Shown one piece after another: positions 29,201 through 35,981 of a stretch of DNA of 64,000 bases. This DNA comes from Candidatus Rifleibacteriota bacterium (GTDB lineage: Bacteria; Muiribacteriota; Ozemobacteria; Ozemobacterales; Ozemobacteraceae): assembly GCA_017417215.1 (NCBI GenBank), contig JAFPZP010000090.1:294-64293 (forward strand), in the 5' to 3' direction. A model generated the notes under the pieces. The model was not told the origin of the DNA, searched no databases, and was given only the letters and a program-made list of their open reading frames with translations. Each line of letters opens with the position of its first letter. The first letter of the stretch is position 1. The position numbers and the translations under genes are program-made.

Positions 29201-29990
29201 TTTCCAATGAAGGTAAAGCTTCGCTATATGCTTTTCTATTCTGGGCAAGAGTGCCATGCATAGTGCAGGCTTGTGCCAGATTATTCTGTAAAGCAGTGAT
29301 TTTTCTAGTGGTTGCCATGGCTTTATCATTTAAGCCTTTGTTCTTCTGACCAGAAAAAACCTGTTTATATTCTTCAAGTTTCTTTTCAATAATAGTAATT
29401 AGTTTTTTGGAATATTCTTCAGCTTCAGTATTATGATTAAATTCGTAACTTAACCCGGCAATATGAAATAAAGCACGTTCGTGTTTGGGGTCACGGTTAA
29501 GACATTGTTTTAGGGCATTGTAAGCTTCTTTTCTTTTCCCGGATTTCAAGTAGGAATAACCAGCTAAAAACCAAGTCTGAGCATCTCCGCCATTGAGTTT
29601 TATAGCTCTTGATAATCTGTCTGAAGCACTGGAAAAGTTTTTCTGAGCAATAAGAGAATTAGCTTCATTGACTAATGTAGCTGCATCATCTTCTTGCTGG
29701 CGCTTTTTACGTCTTGCTTCATTGGCAAGTATTTCTCTATTCTTTCCATCTAAGGAAAGAACGATTAAATCCTGAGCACGGTAAGCTTCTTTGGAATCTT
29801 TTGGAGCATCTTTAAGGATTCCTCTGCCGAGGTGCATAGCTTCTTCCCATCTGCCCTGGCGATAAAATTCTTCCATTTGGGCGAGATTACGGGAAATAGA
29901 ATCTTCGTATAAAGATTCAACTGTTGCCGCTCCTGCGAGAGGCATAGAGAGAAGTAATAGGATTGTTGCCGATAATATGTGCTTTTTCAT
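26253..29990 (-). CDS. Giant secreted TPR-repeat protein (1245 aa)
   Basis: Signal peptide MKKHILSATILLLLSMPLAGA. Dozens of TPR-consensus units (W..lG..y...g.y.eA...f..Al.l.P.n). Confidence 0.8.
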   Translation of the reverse strand: MKKHILSATILLLLSMPLAGAATVESLYEDSISRNLAQMEEFYRQGRWEEAMHLGRGILKDAPKDSKEAYRAQDLIVLSLDGKNREILANEARRKKRQQEDDAATLVNEANSLIAQKNFSSASDRLSRAIKLNGGDAQTWFLAGYSYLKSGKRKEAYNALKQCLNRDPKHERALFHIAGLSYEFNHNTEAEEYSKKLITIIEKKLEEYKQVFSGQKNKGLNDKAMATTRKITALQNNLAQACTMHGTLAQNRKAYSEALPSLEKAAKLNQNNSENWFRLGNCYLSLKIYHQASIALEQAVLIRENKLKEYTDRANKLLDAGKSDEAVDAELETRKLKLQTAQALYALALTNAKKGDNRTALSNINNALKLKPDFIEARYNRALILAQNNELDDALEEMRKVLKDCPPNSQQAKNAIKTITIMMDQVARRDSPVAYVKTTAPKKTVEVNQYVKDMHGLGGKQAESKLEDVFPRLREIAKLVNMRNYDEAVRRLVYLRSSHPDIADIHSILAQCYMELNRLADAEKSFSQALNLQPNHEEALNGLAYIYATREEKLDVALKYAKKAVELNGMKAEFHHTLGWVLFKSGELKSSIQSFKRALELNSTYIIARYNLGLAYYLTKDYKQALDAFNNVLDLNPTHDKALMFKAIALAKTNNAEEALATLDILKKNTYPNSALNKVVANLQNKIRLAHERHTDLPVPEIKSPAPIDKLLAEGNEFRKNGLVNRAKEKYLECQRLDPDRYEPYVALGELYSDSGLYVPALSAFEKACKLNPNNYDIIMHIARTHQKLSRLSYAREFFAQAEALRYKEPEPKYYLGLIAYENKEFDAAESYALDALRVNPNYHKAMALCGLARIRLNRLKPARDIYESLYAKAPANSSIKRHARQKIWEITKMMAPAQYPSVEDAMEVKEQMVRRINDSSENTKFTPEKVSSSEALQEYGKYTMTPEDKMWVLKQLDKMGNIKTPTLTAPLKSNVNNQTMSSQEKKWVVTKLQSFNEHSSKYALPDELKSGSKYTIKATEKKSERLPDKADTILSSGLANAEKGLIAKAIDDFQKAASISPTNTEALVNLGFLNTTQGNFKDAFDAYAKLTVMNPDEPLGHLGLGNLYWLGGQAEKAVDQWNLIKGDFNVDATYNILALNEKVWSRMLEVDPVDVESHSNLGLVYMFSGQPLRALAEFQAVNQLEPGHPEHQFYQAQLYTLLYIQNKSRSHKAEAQKLLEILSQASPQPFPHSERLKKYVAKLQ

Positions 29991-30007
29991 AATATTTGTC
30001 AGCTATA

Positions 30008-30036
30008 TTATCGGCAATAATCTGTTTAGAGTTTAG
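30008..30036 (-). promoter_or_regulatory. Sigma-28 (FliA)-type promoter motif for the TPR / OM-barrel unit
   Basis: Minus strand reads CTAAA-ctctaaacagattatt(16)-GCCGATAA, with the -10 element 17 nt upstream of ATG 29990. The -10 is an 8/8 match to the classical GCCGATAA. Spacing is identical to the flagellar-operon motif at 14119-14147. Confidence 0.5.
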
Positions 30037-30109
30037 AAAATAGAATTTTAGAGCAACAGAGCTTGGTAAGGGAGAAGGGGTGTTTTATACCCACAAAAAC
30101 TTATAACAA

Positions 30110-30130
30110 GATGGGTGATTAGTGGTGAGT
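30110..30130. repeat. Three-unit heptamer array
   Basis: gatgggt gattagt ggtgagt. The first unit is the reverse complement of the acccatc repeat unit at 49639-49659. Confidence 0.6.
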
Positions 30131-30148
30131 TTTTTTACCTGAAAAATA

Positions 30149-30157
30149 TGCTATAAT
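30149..30157 (+). promoter_or_regulatory. Extended -10 promoter element for aroC
   Basis: TGcTATAAT, 24 nt upstream of ATG 30181 and just before the GGAGGGGG RBS. Confidence 0.4.
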
Positions 30158-30180
30158 CTAAAAAAATGGAGGGGGTTGTA

Positions 30181-31266
30181 ATGCTTCGTTACTTAACAGC
30201 TGGAGAATCTCACGGACCTGCTTTGACAGCTATATTGGAAGGTATGCCTGTTGGGATAGAAATAAAAGAAGAAGATTTTGAATTGGTTTTGAAGAAACGT
30301 CAAGCGGGTTATGGCAGGGGCAAACGCTGTAAGACAGAACCAGAAAAGGTTGAAGTTTTATCTGGTATAGTAAATGGTAAAACTATTGGGTCTCCGATTG
30401 CTCTCATGATTCGTAATTCTGATTACGAAAACCATAAGCATTATATGGCTCCATTTTGTGCTTCTTCACCTGATGAAGGAAAAATAAATATTCCTCTGCC
30501 TGGTCACGGTGATCTGGCTGGTATGATTAAATATGGCTTTAAAGATTGCAGGTATATAAGAGAAAGAGCTTCTGCAAGAGAAACCGCTATAAGAACTGCT
30601 ATTTCGGTTCCAGCCAGATGCCTTTTAAAAGAAAAAGGTATTCACTCAATAGGTATGGTTGAAAGTATTGGGGGAATAAAAGCAGAATTAAATTTGAATG
30701 CGCCAAGAGATGAAATAGAAAAAGCAATAGATGAGGTTGGATATGATTTTTTAACTCCGGATAAAAATGTTATTTCATCATGGAAAAATCTAATAGATGA
30801 GTGTGAAAAAAAGAATATAAGTCTTGGGGGTAGCGGAGTTGTAATATTCTATGGCTTGCCTGTAGGATTAGGCAGTTATGTAGAATATGACAGAAGATTA
30901 GACGGCAAAATTTCACAAGCTGTTATGTCTATTCCTGCTATAAAAGGGTGTGAAATAGGTAATGCAGCTGAGCTGTCTAAAATGCATGGAAATGCGTCAG
31001 ATGAAATTTTAATAAATGATAAGGGTGATTTTTATCGTTCTACTAATTTGGCTGGTGGATTAGAAAGTGGTATGACTAACGGTCAGCCTTTGATAATAAG
31101 ATTTTATATGAAGCCGTTGCCGGCAAATTCCAATATAATGTCTATAGATTTAAGAACAGGTAAACCGACTAAAACTGAGTTTTATCGATCAGATATTCAA
31201 GCTGTTACTGCAGCAGCTGTAATTGTAGAATCAGTTGTTGCCTTAGAATTGGCATCTCAGTTCTGA
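30181..31266 (+). CDS. aroC: Chorismate synthase
   Basis: MLRYLTAGESHGPALTAILEGMP, RQAGYGRG. A strong RBS before ATG 30181 (the track start at 30166 lies inside the RBS). Confidence 0.9.
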   Translation: MLRYLTAGESHGPALTAILEGMPVGIEIKEEDFELVLKKRQAGYGRGKRCKTEPEKVEVLSGIVNGKTIGSPIALMIRNSDYENHKHYMAPFCASSPDEGKINIPLPGHGDLAGMIKYGFKDCRYIRERASARETAIRTAISVPARCLLKEKGIHSIGMVESIGGIKAELNLNAPRDEIEKAIDEVGYDFLTPDKNVISSWKNLIDECEKKNISLGGSGVVIFYGLPVGLGSYVEYDRRLDGKISQAVMSIPAIKGCEIGNAAELSKMHGNASDEILINDKGDFYRSTNLAGGLESGMTNGQPLIIRFYMKPLPANSNIMSIDLRTGKPTKTEFYRSDIQAVTAAAVIVESVVALELASQF

Positions 31267-31288
31267 TATAACTCTTTGTTTTAAAAAC

Positions 31289-31326
31289 CAGGGGCAACTC
31301 TTATACAAGGTCGCCCCTGTTTTTTA
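31289..31326. terminator. Bidirectional terminator between aroC (+) and pilQ (-)
   Basis: caggggc-aactcttatacaaggtc-gcccctg followed by tttttt; A-run upstream. Confidence 0.65.
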
Positions 31327-31342
31327 AATTTCGGAGTTATTT

Positions 31343-32752
31343 TCAGAATGAGGAGTCAAAAGCATTGTCAAAAGAGTCATCGATAGTTCCTGCTGGCTGA
31401 GCAGCTGGGGTTACAACTCCAGAAGCAGAGTAGTTACCTACTGGTGCCATACCTGATTCAGGAAGAAGTGAAGTTGGAGCAGCAGATTCGATGCTTTGAG
31501 CAATAATATGAGGAGTGATGAGGATAATCAGTTCCTGAGAAGAACCAGTCTTACCTTTGTAACTGAAGAGTGATTTAATTATAGGAATGTTACCAAGGAG
31601 AGGAATCTTATTGTTTTCCTTGTTTTCTTCATCTCTAATCAAACCACCGATTAAGATTTCTTCACCATCTCTAACGCGGACTGTAGTTTTGGCTGAACGA
31701 GTACCAATAACTGGATACATACCGTTGTTAGACCAAGATTCAACGAATGATACTTCAGGTTCTGCATCAACTGTAATATAACCATCATCGTTAATTCTAG
31801 GTGTGATTTTGAGTTTGATACCAGTATCTTTTTCTTTTGGAGGCTGATCTGCACCACCAGGGTAAATAACCTTGGTGCCGACTGTGATGTTAGCTTCCTG
31901 ACCATTTACCGCTGAAATCTTTGGATTGCTGAGAACTTTGTTTTCGTTGCGTTTTTCAAGAGCTGCAAAAGTAGCTTTGAAAAGCATGCTTTCTCTGTAG
32001 AAATCGCCTAGACCAAATATTTCGCCCTGCTGATTTTCAAAGTTTTTCTGATAAAGACCAGAGTTTGGATTCTGAGCAAAGTATTCTTTTGTTGAAAGAA
32101 CTGGGAATTCTGCAACATCTGCAACACCAGTTGATTCAAGACCAGCCTGCCATTTGAAACCAATGTTCTTTGTGGCATCTGTTTTAACTTCAACGATCTT
32201 AGCTTCGATCATAACCTGATGAACTGGAGTGTCGATTGTTTCAATAAGTTTCTTAACTTCATCAAGAAGATCTTTGCTTCCTGAAACGATAACAGCATTA
32301 ATTCTTTCATCAGTAGCTACTTTGATATCTTTTCTAATTGTTGAAGATATAACTTTGCTTACGTCAGCTGCCTTAGCATATTGAAGTCTCTTGGTAATAG
32401 TAAGACCTTTTTCGAATGCTTCGACAAGTTTCTTTTCGTCTGCAAGAATCCAAGTGTTACCTATTTTTCTTACCGCAAAACCATTTGTTTTTGCGATAAG
32501 ATTCATGGCTTCTTCATAATAAACGTCAGACATTTTGACTGTAACGTTACCACGAACACTTTTTTCAGCAATAATATTTGTTCCAGATTGCTGTGCGATT
32601 ACCTTGATGATCTGACGAATGTCAGTATCGCGGAAATCAAGAGTAATATTGTCCTCGGCCATTGCTGCACCGGGGAACCATGTTGCTGCAGCGAGGGCGG
32701 CAGACAATAGAAGTATTTTACTTCTCTTTTTGGCGTTACCCATGAACCTCAT
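31343..32752 (-). CDS. pilQ: Type IV pilus secretin PilQ
   Basis: Secretin-N repeats (ITLDFRDTDIRQIIKVIAQQSGTNII) and C-terminal secretin domain (VLSNPKISAVNGQEANITVG ... IPLLGNIPIIKSLF ... ELIILITPHII). GGAGG RBS before ATG 32752. Confidence 0.85.
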   Translation of the reverse strand: MRFMGNAKKRSKILLLSAALAAATWFPGAAMAEDNITLDFRDTDIRQIIKVIAQQSGTNIIAEKSVRGNVTVKMSDVYYEEAMNLIAKTNGFAVRKIGNTWILADEKKLVEAFEKGLTITKRLQYAKAADVSKVISSTIRKDIKVATDERINAVIVSGSKDLLDEVKKLIETIDTPVHQVMIEAKIVEVKTDATKNIGFKWQAGLESTGVADVAEFPVLSTKEYFAQNPNSGLYQKNFENQQGEIFGLGDFYRESMLFKATFAALEKRNENKVLSNPKISAVNGQEANITVGTKVIYPGGADQPPKEKDTGIKLKITPRINDDGYITVDAEPEVSFVESWSNNGMYPVIGTRSAKTTVRVRDGEEILIGGLIRDEENKENNKIPLLGNIPIIKSLFSYKGKTGSSQELIILITPHIIAQSIESAAPTSLLPESGMAPVGNYSASGVVTPAAQPAGTIDDSFDNAFDSSF

Positions 32753-32916
32753 TGTTCTATACCTCCGAACGGTAATAGTCTGAAAAATATATATCACAAG
32801 CTATTTTTATAGCTATGACAGTAGACTCATCGACAGGTTTTATTTATTCTTTAAGTATTATTTTAATTTTTTTTATTTTTTTCTATCTTTTTTCAGGAAA
32901 ACCAGGCATAAAAAAA

Positions 32917-32937
32917 GCCTTAGCACTGAGCTAAGGC
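32917..32937. terminator. Terminator-like hairpin between pilP and pilQ
   Basis: aaaaaaa-gccttagc-actga-gctaaggc-tttttt. Confidence 0.5.
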
Positions 32938-32964
32938 TTTTTTATGAAAATTTATAAGAAAATT

Positions 32965-33573
32965 TTATTTTTCTTCGCCGCCAATCTTAAAGGTATGTCG
33001 TCTTTGTTCTTTATTAGAATATACAACTACTCTGTCGGCATAAATATCTACAACTTTAAATTTACCTTCGACAATCTGGTCTTTAGAAATTGTTAATTCT
33101 TCATTTTCAAATTTAACAATTGCAAGACGGCTTCCTTCGTTACCAACAATGCCACTTACAAAAAGTTTGATAGGTTTAATAGGAGGAGGAGCTGGCTTTG
33201 TGTCTCTAGGCTGCTGTTTAACCTCAACTTTTGGTCTAACCGGTGGCATATCCACTTTCTTTTCAATGATTGGTTTGAAAGGATCTTTCTTGGCATTTTC
33301 TAGAATTGGTGACCATTTACCGGTTTTGAATTCAAGAGAAGCTTTACCTAGTTTTTCGTCATCATCACACATTTTTTTGCATAATTCTTCAATTACTTGT
33401 GTTTCATCTTTGCCCTTAGTAGAACTTTCTGCATCTGTGCTTTCAGTTTCAGCGGCACCACCATCATCTCCGCCGAAGAAATCATCCATTTGTGCATAAA
33501 GCTGAGGCCCAGACATTAAGAATGCCACCATACTAATAATTCCCAAGAATTTTGCAGAGAACAGTCTACGCAT
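32965..33573 (-). CDS. pilP: PilP-like pilus assembly protein
   Basis: Position between pilO and pilQ. N-terminal signal/anchor, acidic and Pro-rich linker, and C-terminal beta-domain LFVSGIVGNEGSRLAIVKFENEELTISKDQIVEGKFKVVDIYADRVVV. Confidence 0.65.
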   Translation of the reverse strand: MRRLFSAKFLGIISMVAFLMSGPQLYAQMDDFFGGDDGGAAETESTDAESSTKGKDETQVIEELCKKMCDDDEKLGKASLEFKTGKWSPILENAKKDPFKPIIEKKVDMPPVRPKVEVKQQPRDTKPAPPPIKPIKLFVSGIVGNEGSRLAIVKFENEELTISKDQIVEGKFKVVDIYADRVVVYSNKEQRRHTFKIGGEEK

Positions 33574-33594
33574 TGTTTTTTCTCCTTTCTGGTT

Positions 33595-34149
33595 TTATTG
33601 TAGCAGGTAAACTTTAGCACTAAGATTTACGCTGAGCATAGGACTCTTAGTTTCTTTGTCTACTTCAGATGAAACTGAAACGTTCATAGAACCAGCAGCT
33701 AGATTGATGATTTTTCTCTTTTCCATAACATTGAGGAAACAAGTAACATTCTTGAAAGTTCCCAAAATTGTCATTTCAACTGGCAATTCGTTCCAATCTT
33801 CTGCTCTGACTAATGGAGATATTCTAATATCCTGGAATTTAACATTGAATTTATTGGCTATAATTTCAGTTGAATCAAGGAGTTTTGGAACAACTTCATT
33901 TAAAGGAATAGAGTCGGTCTGTAATTTCTTTCTTAAAGCTTCTTGTTCTTCAATCTGCTTATTGTATTTTTCTATTTCTTTATCGATACCTTTTAGTTTT
34001 TCAGCTTCCTGCTGGAGTTTTTCGAGATCAGCTTTAAGCTGAGTTTCTTCTTCTGTTACTTTTTCCCAAACAGTTGAATAGAAACCAATACCGGTACCAA
34101 TTACCATTAATATACATATAAATATTGCTAACATGAAGTGGTTATTCAT
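33595..34149 (-). CDS. pilO: Type IV pilus assembly protein PilO
   Basis: Single N-terminal TM, coiled coil (LKADLEKLQQEAEKLKGIDKEIEKY), and ferredoxin-like C-terminus. Gene order is pilM-N-O. Confidence 0.7.
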   Translation of the reverse strand: MNNHFMLAIFICILMVIGTGIGFYSTVWEKVTEEETQLKADLEKLQQEAEKLKGIDKEIEKYNKQIEEQEALRKKLQTDSIPLNEVVPKLLDSTEIIANKFNVKFQDIRISPLVRAEDWNELPVEMTILGTFKNVTCFLNVMEKRKIINLAAGSMNVSVSSEVDKETKSPMLSVNLSAKVYLLQ

Positions 34150-34155
34150 ATTGGA

Positions 34156-34779
34156 TTAGTCCTCCGATGTTTTTGATGTTGCTTCTCTGGCTAAGCGACA
34201 GTTGATTTCAAATCTCCAAACAGGCTTCTTTTCATAAAGGTTTTTAGTTGCACCAGTAAGAAAAACATCAGAGAAATATTCATGATTAAGAAGGACGTTT
34301 ATGAATTCCTGAATACCTTTAGTAAGTTTTTCTTCAGCAGCATTTGGTGATTTTGAGGCTTTTTCTTCATTACAAGAATAAGCAGTAATTTGAACACGTC
34401 TGTCAGAGTCAATACGCAAGTTGGTCAACCAAACTGTTTTTTCTGGAACTCTAGAGGTTAGAGTATTAAGAGTCTGAGACCATTGAACTAAGTTAGCACC
34501 AGAAAGACGTTGTAATTTGGTAATATCGTTTCTAATTCTAAATAACTGTTTCTTTAAGTCGTCTCTCTTCTTAACTTTTGAACTCTGTCTTTCGTTCTTA
34601 TCTTTTTGATCAGCAACATCTGCTTTCAACTGATCGTTATAGTGATCAGCGAAATCTTGTCCTGTTATCCAACCAAATACGAGAAGACCAGCAACTATCA
34701 AGACCAGGAACCAAGGAATAATATTCCCAATCGGAATTCGTTTAGCACGCTTTTCGGTTAATAAGTTAATCCTAATCAT
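34156..34779 (-). CDS. pilN: Type IV pilus assembly protein PilN
   Basis: MIRINLLTEKRAKR N-terminal PilM-binding motif, a single TM and a coiled coil. Confidence 0.8.
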   Translation of the reverse strand: MIRINLLTEKRAKRIPIGNIIPWFLVLIVAGLLVFGWITGQDFADHYNDQLKADVADQKDKNERQSSKVKKRDDLKKQLFRIRNDITKLQRLSGANLVQWSQTLNTLTSRVPEKTVWLTNLRIDSDRRVQITAYSCNEEKASKSPNAAEEKLTKGIQEFINVLLNHEYFSDVFLTGATKNLYEKKPVWRFEINCRLAREATSKTSED

Positions 34780-35868
34780 TTAATCTTCAGCCACTCCTCT
34801 CAATGCTAAGCCAATAGCAACAGTGAACTGCTGAAGATTGTTGTATAGTTCTTCAGTATCAGGAACAGTTATTGCTATACCTTCAAGTGGGTTACCTATA
34901 TTTACGTCAACACCAAGTTCGTTCATCAGGTAAGTGCTGAAACCGCCAAGATTAGCACTACCACCAGAGAGTATAATCTTATGAATCATTGGTTCACGAG
35001 ACTGAGCTTTGAAGTAGTCGAAAGATCTACGTATTTCAGAAGCAAGTTCGTCTACTGTGCTTTGAATTACTTCGGCTATTTCGTTAGAAGCTCCTTCACC
35101 GATTGAACCTTCTTGAATTTTAATAGCTTCAGCCTGTTCAAAATCTTGTTTAAGAGTATCTTTTAAACTATCAGTAATATTATTCCCTGCAATAGGAATA
35201 TTACGTGTGAATTCAAGAATACCAGATTTCAGAACAGAAATATTAGTTGTTCTAGCACCAGAATCTATGATGGCTACAACTTCGCCACCTTCCTGAGTAT
35301 CAGCAGTCTGCATGAAAGAGTTTTCCAAAGCATTGATTGCTGCAATAGTATCAACGTCTACTACTTCGCATTTGCCTGCTGACTGTTTTATAACTTCCGT
35401 ATAAGAATTAACAAGTTCTTTTTGAGCTACAACTAGCAGTATTTTATACTTACCGCCGCCTTCTTCTTCTTCTTCAACTTGTTTTAATACAGAATGTGCA
35501 ATACTAACTTCATCAATAGAATAAGGAACATACTGTTCTGCTTCAATCTTAACTGTTTGGTCCAGTTCTTCAGGTGCCATAATAGGTAATTTTACGAAAC
35601 GCATAATTACGTTTTGCCCTGAAACTGAAGCGAAAATTCTAGATGGTTTAATTTTATGTGCTTTGAGAACTTCCTTTATAACCTCTGCAACAGCCTGAGA
35701 ATCACCAACTGACCCATCAGTCATAGCATCTGGCGGCAGGGGCATATAGCCATAGTTTGTTAGTTCAGGCATTCCGGAAGCATTCTTTTTCAGCTGTACT
35801 ATCTTTACTGCAGAGGTACCTATATCAATACCCACAGCAGTATTGTTCGACCCAAAGCTGATACCCAT
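34780..35868 (-). CDS. pilM: Type IV pilus assembly ATPase-fold protein PilM
   Basis: Actin-like fold motifs VGIDIGTSAVKIVQLKK and IIDSGARTTNISV, plus ILSGGSANLGG. GGAGGA RBS. Confidence 0.85.
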   Translation of the reverse strand: MGISFGSNNTAVGIDIGTSAVKIVQLKKNASGMPELTNYGYMPLPPDAMTDGSVGDSQAVAEVIKEVLKAHKIKPSRIFASVSGQNVIMRFVKLPIMAPEELDQTVKIEAEQYVPYSIDEVSIAHSVLKQVEEEEEGGGKYKILLVVAQKELVNSYTEVIKQSAGKCEVVDVDTIAAINALENSFMQTADTQEGGEVVAIIDSGARTTNISVLKSGILEFTRNIPIAGNNITDSLKDTLKQDFEQAEAIKIQEGSIGEGASNEIAEVIQSTVDELASEIRRSFDYFKAQSREPMIHKIILSGGSANLGGFSTYLMNELGVDVNIGNPLEGIAITVPDTEELYNNLQQFTVAIGLALRGVAED

Positions 35869-35933
35869 ATTGCTCTTCCTCCAAATTTATGCCGAATTGC
35901 TATCGACAATGAAATAAATTACTCGTCAGTTTC

Positions 35934-35961
35934 TTATCGGCTTTTATCTTATTAATATTAA
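35934..35961 (-). promoter_or_regulatory. GCCGATAA box upstream of pilM (possible sigma-28-type -10; weak -35)
   Basis: Minus strand reads TTAA-N16-GCCGATAA, about 65 nt upstream of the pilM ATG. The -35 is TTAA rather than TAAA. Confidence 0.3.
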
Positions 35962-35981
35962 CACAATTAAGTAGTTTTTTT

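Noticed and set aside
29968-29975. Plus-strand GCCGATAA as a promoter toward aroC
   Set aside because: No TAAA lies at the -35 position, and it sits inside the TPR coding sequence. It is the mirror arm of the inverted repeat.
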